DNA of 20,652 nucleotides from Bdellovibrionota bacterium (GTDB lineage: Bacteria > Bdellovibrionota_C > UBA2361), in contig JBILDU010000052.1 in the NCBI GenBank assembly GCA_044352465.1, positions 1-20,652 of the forward strand, written 5' to 3'. Under the pieces are notes generated by a model. That model saw only the letters and a program-made list of their open reading frames with translations. It searched no databases and was not told the origin of the DNA. Below, piece by piece: positions 1-9,302 of this stretch. The stretch's first letter is position 1; each line of letters starts with the position of its first letter. Made by a program: the position numbers and the translations under genes.

Positions 1-1
1 G

Positions 2-226
2 GAGCCATTGACTATGGACTATCGTCCGAAGAGGGACACTCGAAGGCTCTTTGTGCATGCGGAGGATAAGGCGCTACGCATTCAAATGATAAAGCGTTAT
101 CAGGATTTTTGCGACAGGTGTCGTGAGTGCTACGAGCGGTGGAAGCTTGGGGACTTTGCCGTCGTGTGGCCCCCCGGGGCTTTCCGACCCCCACAGCCTA
201 GTAACGCAAACTGGTATGGGCCGTAG
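2..226 (+). CDS. 3' end of a gene truncated by the window edge; C-terminal tail resembles RAYT-like / Y1 (IS200-like) transposase-related proteins
   Basis: The frame is open from the window edge (GAG CCA TTG ACT ATG...). The tail 'YQDFCDRCRECYERWKLGDFAVVWPPGAFRPP' resembles the 'Y..A...W..GD..V.FP.G.F' ending I recall from a subfamily of REP-associated transposase-like proteins. The HUH/Tyr motifs are not in the window. Confidence 0.45.
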   Translation, partial: EPLTMDYRPKRDTRRLFVHAEDKALRIQMIKRYQDFCDRCRECYERWKLGDFAVVWPPGAFRPPQPSNANWYGP

Positions 227-279
227 CTCTTAGTCTGGAAGATGGGTCCCAATGGCACGTGGAGTTGATATCTCGGTGC

Positions 280-330
280 CGAATCAGCTTTGACCGAATT
301 TATTGTCGAGTCCTCGGCTAAGCTGATTCG
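280..330. repeat. Inverted repeat / hairpin with perfect 11-bp outer arms
   Basis: CGAATCAGCTT (280-290) and AAGCTGATTCG (320-330), with an inner CCGA/TCGG pair. Confidence 0.7.
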
Positions 331-624
331 AGAGTAGATCGTTCGGTAATCTCCTCATTTCTAGCATCCCATCCAGTGAACCTTTTCACCTGCCGAATGA
401 TTTGCGAGCGTGATACGAGCTCGGCCAGGACGGTCGGACAGATACCGCTCCGAAGCGTGGCTATCTGGCTTCGGCGTGAGCTCACTCGAACGCTCAGTCG
501 AATACTCGACTCGACAGAGCTCGTCGAAGTCCGCCGAACGGAGCGGAGCCCGCAGGTATACCCGAAATAGAGGAGTGGCCTGGTACGCTGGAACCCATAT
601 GCGAAAAACCGATTGAAAGGGGGA

Positions 625-1206
625 CTAGCAACGGCTGATCCAGCGGCTACTCCGGACGAATAAGCGCCAGGGGAGATCGGTACCCTTTGAGATTCCAATG
701 CGCGATGAGCATCCGATTTCTTTATCTGGGTGTGTAAGGTCTGGTGAAAGATAGATGCGTGGGGATGTGGTGAGATTTTCACCTGAATGCGCGATGGTGA
801 TGCCGAGGGCCTCGCAAAGGCGGGCAGGTCCGCTTGTGAGCATTTTGGGATCTTTATTATTTCGGCGTCGGGCCATCGTCTTTAATCCCTCAAGCGGCTC
901 GATCGCACGAATGAGAACCGCGGCACCGATTCCCGTCTTTTCAGTTACCACATTGACGCAATGATGAAGGCCGTAGATTCGGTAGACGTAACAGAGGCCC
1001 CCGCGCTCAAACATCCAGTGATTACGCTCAGTTTTACCGTTGAATGAATGTGCCGCTGGATCTGACGGACCATGGTAGGCTTCCACCTCCACAATCCGAC
1101 CTGATGTCATAGAGCCACGCACTACGGTAGTCAGACGAGCTCCAAGAAGAGCACGGGCAGCCTGGAGTGTTGGTTGAAGGAAGAAAGACTGAGAGAACCT
1201 CTTCAT
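625..1206 (-). CDS. mpg: DNA-3-methyladenine glycosylase (MPG/AAG family)
   Basis: Motifs GRIVEVEAY, DPAAHSF, T.RN..MF, YVY.IYG.H.C.NVV, AVLIRAIEP, SGPARLC.ALGI, RIGIS, PWR. Confidence 0.95.
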   Translation of the reverse strand: MKRFSQSFFLQPTLQAARALLGARLTTVVRGSMTSGRIVEVEAYHGPSDPAAHSFNGKTERNHWMFERGGLCYVYRIYGLHHCVNVVTEKTGIGAAVLIRAIEPLEGLKTMARRRNNKDPKMLTSGPARLCEALGITIAHSGENLTTSPRIYLSPDLTHPDKEIGCSSRIGISKGTDLPWRLFVRSSRWISRC

Positions 1207-1739
1207 CTACTAAGGCCTACCGATAGGTGCAAAGAGTAAGGCAAAGAGCTCATAATGCCTCTGCTCTGGAGAGGGAGAGCGCCCGGCCGTCCTCAGTGGG
1301 AGCATGATTGTTTTTCGAAGCACCGAAATAATAGCTTGAGATAAGCAGACGGTAAACTTGGGACGGACGAGAGAGACGACCAGAGCGACTACAGCCTAGG
1401 CTAAGATCGGAGAAGGGCTCGGGTGAGGGGCGGTTTGTGGTTGGCTTTAGCGAGCACGGCGGTCCCGGCCCCTGGTGCTATCGAAAGCCGAGTAGGTTGT
1501 GCAGACCGTCCGGCATAATCGGCTGAGCGGATTCGGCGGTTCACTGCCAAAAGGTTCTCGTGGGCGACGCTGAGGCTCTCGAAGACATCCCTGGAACTCG
1601 TGCTGGTTGGTGGATGGCCGTGACCCTTGGTGAGGCATTACCCACCGCCACTCACGAAACAGGGCGACCGATTTTCTGGATGGCTTTATAAAGTGGGGCA
1701 AAAAAACTAAAGGAAATGAGGAGAGTATGCCGGGCGGGA

Positions 1740-1859
1740 GCACAGTTGACTGATGTGGGGAGTCCCAGTAGAGGGGCTGGGACGTACCAGGCAATGGGCG
1801 CACAGTTGACTGATGTGGGGAGTCCCAGTAGAGGGGCTGGGACGTACCAGGCAATGGGC
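1740..1859. repeat. Exact 60-bp tandem direct duplication (2 copies), each with a 7-bp palindromic stem
   Basis: GCACAGTTGACTGATGTGGGGAGTCCCAGTAGAGGGGCTGGGACGTACCAGGCAATGGGC at 1740-1799 and 1800-1859. Internal GTCCCAG-N8-CTGGGAC at 1762-1783 and 1822-1843. Confidence 0.97.
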
Positions 1860-2086
1860 TAACCTGCCGAAATTATGAGAGCTACTGATTGGGGGCTGAG
1901 GGGAGGTGGAAATCCGGGATAGTCGGCTCGAGACCATTGAGAGCTGAAAGCAAGGCAGGGGGGCCTCGGTACTGACAGCTTAGCCGCCTTGGTTTCACGG
2001 AGCTCGGGTCCGAGTATCATCAAGCAGCCTCTTCAGATCTCCGCGCATTATGCCGACCTCTCAGAGTGCGGAAATTGGAGTCCCTC

Positions 2087-2821
2087 ATGCCCCTAAAAAA
2101 ATATCAGGTTGCGGTGCTCGATCCCAATAATGAGCGGCGCAATCGACTCAAGGTGGCCCTTGGCGCGGTCGGAGACTACGGTGACCTCTCGCAGTATAAC
2201 TCGAAAGATAACCTAATCGCGGCGCTTCCCACATTCGAAACGCTCGACATTACTTTCGTTTCGTTTGATTACTCAATCGGTGACTTCAAAGAGCTGGTGC
2301 GGGTAAACCGCGAGAGCGGGGGAGATTCCGACACCTGCTTCGTCCTGATGTTGCAGCAATCTCAGAAATCGAAAGAAGTGGTGGCAGCTTTTAGCGCTGC
2401 GGGCGCTGATGGATTCCTCCTTGAGCCGTTCTCAGTCGATGAGGCGCGGGAGATCTCGTCGGTCGCGGCAGGGCTTCGGCGGGAGCGGCGACTCCTCCGC
2501 GAAATTGCCTCATATAAATCAGTGGCTCGAAAGCTTGTCGAGCAGGTCGACACTCTTGCTACCCTCAAGCAGCTTAAAGCCCCGCTTGGAGTGGCGTTAC
2601 GTTCACTCCGTGAGACTTGTCGGATGTTCGACGCGCTTGACGGGGAGTCTCTTGAGCGGGCGCAGCGAATTATATTTGAAGCATTCGAAAATACCCAACC
2701 ACCACCCGATGTCGTGAAAGAGATCGGGTATGCAGGTCCCAGTAAATTCGTGCGCAAACGACTGGCTGAGCGTCTCCTCGCACAAGCGAGTAGTGCCCCC
2801 ATCGGCGGTGGGGAGAGTTAG
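2087..2821 (+). CDS. Atypical (pseudo-)receiver domain protein with a helical C-terminal extension
   Basis: REC-like pattern YQVAVLDP...DITFVS...FVLML...AGADGFLLEPFS. ATG 2087 is preceded by GGAG (2077-2080); the ORF track start is GTG 2066. Confidence 0.7.
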   Translation: MPLKKYQVAVLDPNNERRNRLKVALGAVGDYGDLSQYNSKDNLIAALPTFETLDITFVSFDYSIGDFKELVRVNRESGGDSDTCFVLMLQQSQKSKEVVAAFSAAGADGFLLEPFSVDEAREISSVAAGLRRERRLLREIASYKSVARKLVEQVDTLATLKQLKAPLGVALRSLRETCRMFDALDGESLERAQRIIFEAFENTQPPPDVVKEIGYAGPSKFVRKRLAERLLAQASSAPIGGGES

Positions 2822-3072
2822 CCGAATCAAAAGTAAATCGTCGCGCACTTGTTCGACACTCCGCGTATTTAGACCGACTTAGAGCGGGTGTTGTCTCGCG
2901 CTTTGTCCCGTCTTCGCCCTGATTCCGCCTCTTGAAGAAACCCCCGTCGGAGAAAGCTCCTCCCCTTAATTCATCCCATTCGAGCACTTCGTATCGCGTA
3001 GTCGCGATATCCTCATAACCCTCAAACTCCACCCTTGGCCCCTCTTTAACTAAGAGATAGTATCCGGCCTAT

Positions 3073-4308
3073 ATGGATAGAGCTATGACTGCCGAAAAAA
3101 CACGCAATGAGGTTTCGTCTCAGACACTAGTTCGCGACCTCGCGATGCTCGACGACGATGCCGCAGCTGCTCGACTTCAATCTCTGCCGCCGGATCTCAT
3201 CGCTCAGGTGCTACGGGGATTAAGTCCGGTCAAGGTTTCGAGTGTCCTCTCGAGTTGCTCCGAATCGATTCGTGCTCAACTTATCGCGGGTGTTGCCCCC
3301 CACGTGCTTTCGCAGTGGGAAACGAATCGCTCATTCCCAGAGGGTTCCGTCGGTCGTTTGATGGATCCTCCGGTCGCGGTGATGAGTGAAACCCTGACCG
3401 TCGGAGAGGTGAAGGCTCAGCTACAACGGATCGTTCGGGCGGAGTTTGTCACCTATGGCTATCTCGTTGACGGCGCTGAGCGTCTCAGCGGAGTTTTGGT
3501 GATGCGCGATCTTCTTTTTGCCGACGATTCGGTGCCGGCGGCTGAGATTATGGTGCGCGCCCCGTTCCGCCTGAGGGCCGAAACTCCCCTTATGGAGGCG
3601 ATGAGAGAGGTGCTCGTTCACCACTTTCCGGTCTATCCGGTGTGCGATTCGGAGGATCGAATCGTGGGGCTGGTGAGGGGATATCGACTCTTCGAGAGCC
3701 AAGCGTTTGAGATTATCGCCCAAGCGGGACGGATGGTCGGTGTTGAGAATGAAGAGCAGATATCAACACCGGTGGTACGGAGCTTTCGGTTCCGGCATCC
3801 GTGGCTTCAGCTCAATCTTCTCACCGCGTTTGTCGCCGGTGCCGTGGTAAGTCTTTTTCAGGACACCATCGATCAGATCGTTGTGCTCGCCGCCTTTCTT
3901 CCGGTTTTGGCTGGCCAGTCGGGTAATACAGGGTGCCAGGCGCTTGCCGTCACTTTGAGAGCGATGACTCTCGGGGGGCTTAACAGCGGGTCGGCAGGGC
4001 GAGCGGTGCGTAAGGAGGCCCTCCTGGGTCTTATGAACGGACTTTTCGTCGGCATCTCTGCGGGCGTTGGTATGTACGTTCTGGCCCACAGTCAGGGGAA
4101 TCCGGCAGCTTGGACGCTAGCCTTGATCGTGGTTGCCGCGATGACGGCCTCTTGTGCGGTGAGTGGTATTTCTGGAGCGCTCGTACCGTTGGCGCTCAAA
4201 AAGCTTGGGGCCGACCCCGCAACTGCCTCGAGTATCTTTTTAACAACGGCGACGGATGTCGCCAGTATGGGGCTTCTCCTCGGACTGGCGACCTGGCTGC
4301 TTTTGTAA
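3073..4308 (+). CDS. mgtE: Magnesium transporter MgtE (MgtE_N, CBS pair, transmembrane domain)
   Basis: N-terminal helical domain; CBS pair (GSVGRLM, L.GVL.MRDLL, YPVCD...IVGLV); TM motifs RHPWLQLNL, FLPVLAGQSGNTGCQA, GADPATASSIFLTTATD. Confidence 0.93.
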   Translation: MDRAMTAEKTRNEVSSQTLVRDLAMLDDDAAAARLQSLPPDLIAQVLRGLSPVKVSSVLSSCSESIRAQLIAGVAPHVLSQWETNRSFPEGSVGRLMDPPVAVMSETLTVGEVKAQLQRIVRAEFVTYGYLVDGAERLSGVLVMRDLLFADDSVPAAEIMVRAPFRLRAETPLMEAMREVLVHHFPVYPVCDSEDRIVGLVRGYRLFESQAFEIIAQAGRMVGVENEEQISTPVVRSFRFRHPWLQLNLLTAFVAGAVVSLFQDTIDQIVVLAAFLPVLAGQSGNTGCQALAVTLRAMTLGGLNSGSAGRAVRKEALLGLMNGLFVGISAGVGMYVLAHSQGNPAAWTLALIVVAAMTASCAVSGISGALVPLALKKLGADPATASSIFLTTATDVASMGLLLGLATWLLL

Positions 4309-4453
4309 ATCTTCCGGCCGTTTACTCTCGTTCCCGTCGCTTAAATGGATTTTTTGGCCTTGAATAATTACGATTCGTCATTGTAGCTTTGAAGGCGCGC
4401 ATTCCTCGTCTCGCTTGAGTTTCGTCCAGACGAAGCGGTGGTAGTCACCCAAA

Positions 4454-6925
4454 ATGTCCATTTTTCATAAATCATGGCTCGGATGGGCCCGCCGGTTTCA
4501 GCGGCCGGTCCGGTGGTTTGCTCTCATTTCTGCCGTTGTCACGGTGCTCGTCTATCTCGAATTGCTCAACCGCGCGCGACTCAGCCATGCTCTCGTCGGA
4601 GTCGGGCTCGTCGCACTCTCGTTGATTTTTTCGGGGCGTTCGACGACTTTTGTTTTTGCCGCGGTGGCGAGCCTCGTCTCTCTCTTCGAGGTCGTGCGGT
4701 CGCGCCCCGATGGTGGCCTAGACCCACAGATGTCGGATTCGGTTCTCGGCCTGGCGCTTGTCTGGGTGGCGGCGGCGCTTGTCCTACAGCGTAAGAAAAA
4801 TGACTCCGAGCGTGAAGCTTTCGACCAAGCGGCGCGGGCGCGGCAGTCCGCAGTCGTGGCGTTGGCCACCGATCCCGCGGTAACGGCTGGCGACATCACG
4901 AGCGCGGCTCAGCGAGCAACTGAAATCCTAGCGCAAAACCTCGGCGTCGCTCGAGCGAGTATTTGGTTTCGAAGCGAGGATCGCTCTGCGCTCTCGTGTA
5001 TCGATCTGTTTGAGGCCCCGCTACAGAAACATGCTGCGGGGATGGTTCTCTCCTCGAGTGATTATCCTCGTTATTTCGCGGCGCTCGAATCGGGACGAGC
5101 TATCGACGCCCACGATGCACGGACCGATCCTCGAACGAGCGAGTATACCCCGGGATACCTCGTCCCCCTTGGGATCACCTCGATGCTTGATGCAGGTATC
5201 CGGGTAGCGGGTAAAAACTTCGGAGTCGTCTGTTGTGAGCACGTTGGCGTGGCGCGTGAGTGGCGCGCGGGCGAGCTGGCGTTCGCCGGTGAAGTCGCTG
5301 ATCAGATCGCCCAGAGCGTGGTCAACGCAGAGAGCCGCCGGGCACACGAGGCGGTGCAGGCAAGCGAGCGGAAGTATCGCAACCTCGTTGAAACCTCGAA
5401 TGACCTCATATGGGCGGTCGATCGGGTCGGCCGCTTGACCTTCGTCAACCGTGGACCCGCGGAGATGATGTTCGGATACTCCCCCGAGGAGATGACCGGT
5501 CGCGCCCTCGCGGATTTTCAGGCCAAGGATCCAGCGGTGGAGGCGCGCGGAATCTTAGAATCAGTGATGCGGGGAGAGAGCCTCTTCTTTTATGAGACGG
5601 TTTTTTTGCGAAAAAACGGACAGCCGATCGCTCTGTCCTTCAATGCCCTCCCGTTAAAGGACGAGCAGGGTGAGGTCATCGGTGCGACAGGGACAGCGGC
5701 CGACATTTCGGGAAGACTGGAGGCGGAGACTCGACGTGGCGCGCTCGAGGAACAGCTCCGCAAAGCTCGACACCTCGAGTCGCTGGGTCGGTTGGCGGGA
5801 GGTATCGCACACGACTTCAATAATATCCTGAGCGCTATCATGATGAACGCCGAGCTGTTGCGGTCTGCGTCCCGCGAAGGGGCAGGATCGGCTGAGGCGA
5901 TCGTCAGTGCGGCGCAGCGGGGTAAAGAACTCATCGCGCAGATTCTGACCTATTCGCGGCAGGTGAAACCAGCGAAGGTGCGGACGGATCTCGGTCGACT
6001 CGCTCGGGAGATCGAGCAGTTACTCGGGGTCACGGTGCCCCCCAACATCAGGCTCTCGGTGAACGTTTCAGGTCATGCCGACGTTCTCGCTGATAGTAGC
6101 CAGATGAGCCAGGTTTTGATGAATCTCTGTTCAAACGCCATTTACGCGATGCGTCGTACCGGTGGTGAGCTCCGCCTCGAAGTCGCAACCATCCCGAGGG
6201 ATTTCGTCGGTGCAGATAGGATTGCGAAGCTGCCAGCGAGCGCCAACGAGGTGGTGATGGTGCGGGTAAGCGATACGGGCAACGGTATTCCGCTGCCGTT
6301 GCAAGAGAAGATCTTTGAGCCGTTTTTCTCGACCAAGCCGGTGGGCGAGGGCACCGGGCTCGGTCTGTCCGTGGTTTTGGGAATCATCGAGTCTCACGGT
6401 GGCCAGATCCATCTCGATTCGACCGAGGGGGTCGGTACTGTTTTTGAGGTCTATCTTCCGCGCGCCTCGGAGCAGTCGACCGCTCCCGACGGCGTGGTTC
6501 CAGCGCCACCGGTCGCTCAGCTCCGCGGGGGGAGCGAACACATCATCTTGGTCGATGACGAGTCGATGGTCTTGGAGGTCAGTGCGGTGGCTCTGCGGCA
6601 GTTCGGTTATCGAGTGAGCGCCTATACCGGGGCTCAGGAGGTTCTTGAGATGATTGAGAAGGGGACATTCTCGGGGGATATCATCGTAACGGACCTGACG
6701 ATGCCGCAGGTGACCGGCCTTGATCTGGCCCGAAAGGTAGCTGGCGCTTTCCCGGCAGTGCCGGTCGTCCTCTGTTCGGGGTATGATCTATGTGCGCAAG
6801 ATAAAGACCAAGAAGCCGATGTGGTGAGCGCACGACTCGCGAAGCCCTATTCAATAGACGAGCTTCTCGGCGTGGTGCGCCAAGTTCTTGATGCGCGCTC
6901 ACCGCAGCTGGTGGGGAATGAGTAG
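4454..6925 (+). CDS. Membrane-anchored hybrid sensor histidine kinase/response regulator (TM-GAF-PAS-HisKA-HATPase-REC)
   Basis: About four N-terminal hydrophobic helices; GAF (RASIW...GITSMLDA...GVVCCEH); PAS ([13 protein letters not shown]...FVN); H-box [12 protein letters not shown]-box [17 protein letters not shown]2 box GTGLGL; REC IILVDDE/TDLTMP/KPY. Confidence 0.95.
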   Translation: MSIFHKSWLGWARRFQRPVRWFALISAVVTVLVYLELLNRARLSHALVGVGLVALSLIFSGRSTTFVFAAVASLVSLFEVVRSRPDGGLDPQMSDSVLGLALVWVAAALVLQRKKNDSEREAFDQAARARQSAVVALATDPAVTAGDITSAAQRATEILAQNLGVARASIWFRSEDRSALSCIDLFEAPLQKHAAGMVLSSSDYPRYFAALESGRAIDAHDARTDPRTSEYTPGYLVPLGITSMLDAGIRVAGKNFGVVCCEHVGVAREWRAGELAFAGEVADQIAQSVVNAESRRAHEAVQASERKYRNLVETSNDLIWAVDRVGRLTFVNRGPAEMMFGYSPEEMTGRALADFQAKDPAVEARGILESVMRGESLFFYETVFLRKNGQPIALSFNALPLKDEQGEVIGATGTAADISGRLEAETRRGALEEQLRKARHLESLGRLAGGIAHDFNNILSAIMMNAELLRSASREGAGSAEAIVSAAQRGKELIAQILTYSRQVKPAKVRTDLGRLAREIEQLLGVTVPPNIRLSVNVSGHADVLADSSQMSQVLMNLCSNAIYAMRRTGGELRLEVATIPRDFVGADRIAKLPASANEVVMVRVSDTGNGIPLPLQEKIFEPFFSTKPVGEGTGLGLSVVLGIIESHGGQIHLDSTEGVGTVFEVYLPRASEQSTAPDGVVPAPPVAQLRGGSEHIILVDDESMVLEVSAVALRQFGYRVSAYTGAQEVLEMIEKGTFSGDIIVTDLTMPQVTGLDLARKVAGAFPAVPVVLCSGYDLCAQDKDQEADVVSARLAKPYSIDELLGVVRQVLDARSPQLVGNE

Positions 6926-7008
6926 TCGTTTGCATCGGCTCTTTTTCGTCGCCTCGTATCGCAGTAATAGAGAGTGATGGGGGCCGGACAGCGGGGGGAG
7001 GCTGTTTT

Positions 7009-7758
7009 GTGGTTGATACTGAGATTGCGGTCATTATTCCGGCCCGTAACGAGGCTCCGCGCTTACCGCGCTGTGTAGCGGCGTTACGCCATTCCGCTCA
7101 AGCTGCGGGGATAGAACTTCATATTATCGTGGTTGAGAATCGCTCGTCTGACCAGACCGTGCAGGTGGCGCGGGATCTGGGCTGTCAGGTGGTGCAGAGC
7201 GAAGCGAAGAATCTTGCCGCGATTCGGAATGTCGGTGTCCGCGCCAGCACCCACGATCTCATCGTGACCGTGGACGCCGACAGTCTCGTCTCGCAGCGGT
7301 TTTTTGAGCGGGTGCTGAACGTGTGTCGCGATCGACAGGTAGTCGGCGGTGGTGTGCTCATCTTCCCCGAGCGTTGGTCGCTCGGGATCGTCGCTACCGG
7401 CATGTTTTTAGGGGTGCTGGCGATCTTCTATCGCATCAGTGGGGGCGCGTTCTTTTTTCGGCGTGAGGCCTTCGAGGCGATCGGGGGGTTCGATGAACAC
7501 GTCGTCAGCGCGGAGGATATCGATTTTGCTCGCCGCATGCGTCGCCACGCCAAGAGGTCCGGGGGGCGATTTGTGAATCTGCTTACCGCTTGGATCGTAA
7601 CTTCGTGCCGAAAATTCGACACTTTTGGGGATTGGTATTTAGTGCGCCATCCGCTTGAGGCGTGGCTTCTCCTGCGGGGGCGGGACCAGAAACTCGCCGA
7701 CAAATTCTGGTACGACTACATCAATCGCTCGGAAAACTCCAAGGCCGACCGTTCTTAA
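7009..7758 (+). CDS. Glycosyltransferase family 2
   Basis: VIIPARNE, S.DQT, IRNVG, DAD (DxD), GGFDE, AEDIDF, TSCRKF. GTG start with GGAGG upstream. Confidence 0.92.
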   Translation: MVDTEIAVIIPARNEAPRLPRCVAALRHSAQAAGIELHIIVVENRSSDQTVQVARDLGCQVVQSEAKNLAAIRNVGVRASTHDLIVTVDADSLVSQRFFERVLNVCRDRQVVGGGVLIFPERWSLGIVATGMFLGVLAIFYRISGGAFFFRREAFEAIGGFDEHVVSAEDIDFARRMRRHAKRSGGRFVNLLTAWIVTSCRKFDTFGDWYLVRHPLEAWLLLRGRDQKLADKFWYDYINRSENSKADRS

Positions 7759-7793
7759 GGCGCTATCCCGGCAGTCCTCAATCTCGCAGAACC

Positions 7794-8405
7794 TCAATCC
7801 CGGAGATAATGACAGGTATATCCGCCCGGATTCTTTACTAAGTAATCTTGATGATAACCCTCCGCCGGAAAAAACGGCCCGGCTGGTTCAAGCGTCGTGA
7901 CGACGGGATTAGCCCATCTCTTCGAAGCATTAACCGCAGCGATGACTCGCGCGGCGATCGTCTTTTGTTCGGGGGAGTGAAAAAAGATCGTCGAGCGGTA
8001 TTGCGAGCCGATATCGTTGCCCTGGCGATTCGCGGTCGTTGGATCGTGCATCCGAAAAAACCATCCGAGGAGATCCTCAAAAGAGAGCTGCGTTCGATTA
8101 TACGTCACCTCGACAGCTTCGGCGTGCCCTGACGTCCCTGAGCTTACGACCGGGTACGTTGGACTATTGACCGTACCCCCTGTGTAACCGACCGTAGTTT
8201 CCATAACCCCAGGGATCTTCCGGATGATGTCTTCCATCCCCCAAAAACAACCCCCCGCGAGGGTAGCTTTCTCGAGTTCGCCTTGTGGGGTCATGGTGGC
8301 CTCCTTTGGTTGAGCGTTGACTCCGCTCGCCCCCATCAGAGCAAGAATGAGGAGCGCTATAATCGATTTATACGCCTCTGATAGCGTTTCTTTAGGGGAC
8401 ATCAT
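7794..8405 (-). CDS. msrA: Peptide-methionine (S)-S-oxide reductase MsrA with a predicted N-terminal signal peptide
   Basis: GGCFWG active site, VGYTGG, GHAEAV, HDPT..NRQGND.GSQYRS, AE.YHQDY, GYTCH. Hydrophobic leader ends VNA. Start is uncertain (8420/8405/8402); an internal start is possible at 8294. Confidence 0.95.
   Translation of the reverse strand: MMSPKETLSEAYKSIIALLILALMGASGVNAQPKEATMTPQGELEKATLAGGCFWGMEDIIRKIPGVMETTVGYTGGTVNSPTYPVVSSGTSGHAEAVEVTYNRTQLSFEDLLGWFFRMHDPTTANRQGNDIGSQYRSTIFFHSPEQKTIAARVIAAVNASKRWANPVVTTLEPAGPFFPAEGYHQDYLVKNPGGYTCHYLRD
8300..8306 (-). promoter_or_regulatory. Perfect internal Shine-Dalgarno (AAGGAGG) 5 nt before the in-frame ATG at 8294 in msrA
   Basis: The minus strand reads AAAGGAGG-CCACC-ATG-ACC. 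Confidence 0.6.
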
Positions 8406-8539
8406 GAGAGGAACTACCACCTGGATACCCTGAGCACAAGGTATCTCCAGGGACGGATATAGGGTGCTCTATCTTGGCGACGGGGGGCTCGCCGTTCCCG
8501 ATTGAGTAATCCTTGATCCCCGGGTAAACTTCGGTCCGT

Positions 8540-9235
8540 ATGAAAACTGATTCGTTTCGCTATCTCCTCGCCCTTTTCGGAATCTGCTCGCTTCTCACCT
8601 TCACCGGTTGTGGTGGTGGAGGGGAGGATGACGATAAGACTAATCTCCGGTTTGTGAATGCCGTATCAGGAGTCGATGCGGTCGATCTCGTTGTTGATTT
8701 GGAGTTATTCTTCGAGGATGTCAAGTTTCTGGAGAGCTCGGGGTATTTCAGTTTCGACACGGAGCCGCACATATTCCAGATTACCCCATCGAACTCGCTG
8801 ACACCGATCGACGAAACGAAGACCTCTCTCTCTGATGACGTCGATTTTACCTACCTTGCCTTCGGATCTTCGCGTGATGCTGAGGCTCTGTTACTCAAAG
8901 ATGATAACAGCTCCCCTGACGGAGATGTATTCAAGGTGCGAACAATTAACGTGGTTCCCTCGAGGCGCTCCCTTGATGTGTTTATCGTTTCGCAGCCGAG
9001 CGATGTCGACTCGGTCGCGCCGACTGAGGACGGTCTTACCTACAAAAAAGCTTCGGACTATCGGGTTGGCGGAGCGGGCACCTATGTTATCGTCGTGGTC
9101 GACGGCCGTTCCGGTGCGGTGGTGCAGACGAGTGACCCTCAGATCTTTGAGGGGGGCGCAGTCTATACTTTGATTCTCTCAGCAGACGTCGAAGATGGTG
9201 ACCCATTAAAGATTACAGTGCTCCGAGACGCATAA
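8540..9235 (+). CDS. DUF4397-like lipoprotein
   Basis: Lipobox-like LTFTGC followed by a Gly/acidic linker. Two related beta-rich units (LRFVNAV...VDLVV; VRTINVV...LDVFI; G.VYTLI) typical of DUF4397 proteins. Confidence 0.8.
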   Translation: MKTDSFRYLLALFGICSLLTFTGCGGGGEDDDKTNLRFVNAVSGVDAVDLVVDLELFFEDVKFLESSGYFSFDTEPHIFQITPSNSLTPIDETKTSLSDDVDFTYLAFGSSRDAEALLLKDDNSSPDGDVFKVRTINVVPSRRSLDVFIVSQPSDVDSVAPTEDGLTYKKASDYRVGGAGTYVIVVVDGRSGAVVQTSDPQIFEGGAVYTLILSADVEDGDPLKITVLRDA

Positions 9236-9302
9236 AAGTTCGACTGCGTTCGTGGTGCAGTTTCCCTCCCCATGAGTGGATTCGACAGTGGAGATGTTCG
9301 GT

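Noticed and set aside
318..782. 154-aa minus-strand ORF
   Set aside because: It overlaps mpg in another frame, is Ser/Arg-rich and runs through a hairpin-rich spacer.
1740..1859. CRISPR mini-array
   Set aside because: The two units are wholly identical with no unique spacer, and there are no cas genes in the window.
1447..1937. Minus-strand ORFs 1447-1854 and 1707-1937 with peptide repeats
   Set aside because: The peptide repeats only reflect the 60-bp DNA duplication. The ORFs are Pro/Ser/Arg-rich with no recognisable domain.
2670..3032. 120-aa minus-strand ORF with a purine-rich stretch before its GTG
   Set aside because: It overlaps the pseudo-receiver gene by about 150 nt on the opposite strand and has no recognisable motif. 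It cannot be supported, though a small protein is not fully excluded.
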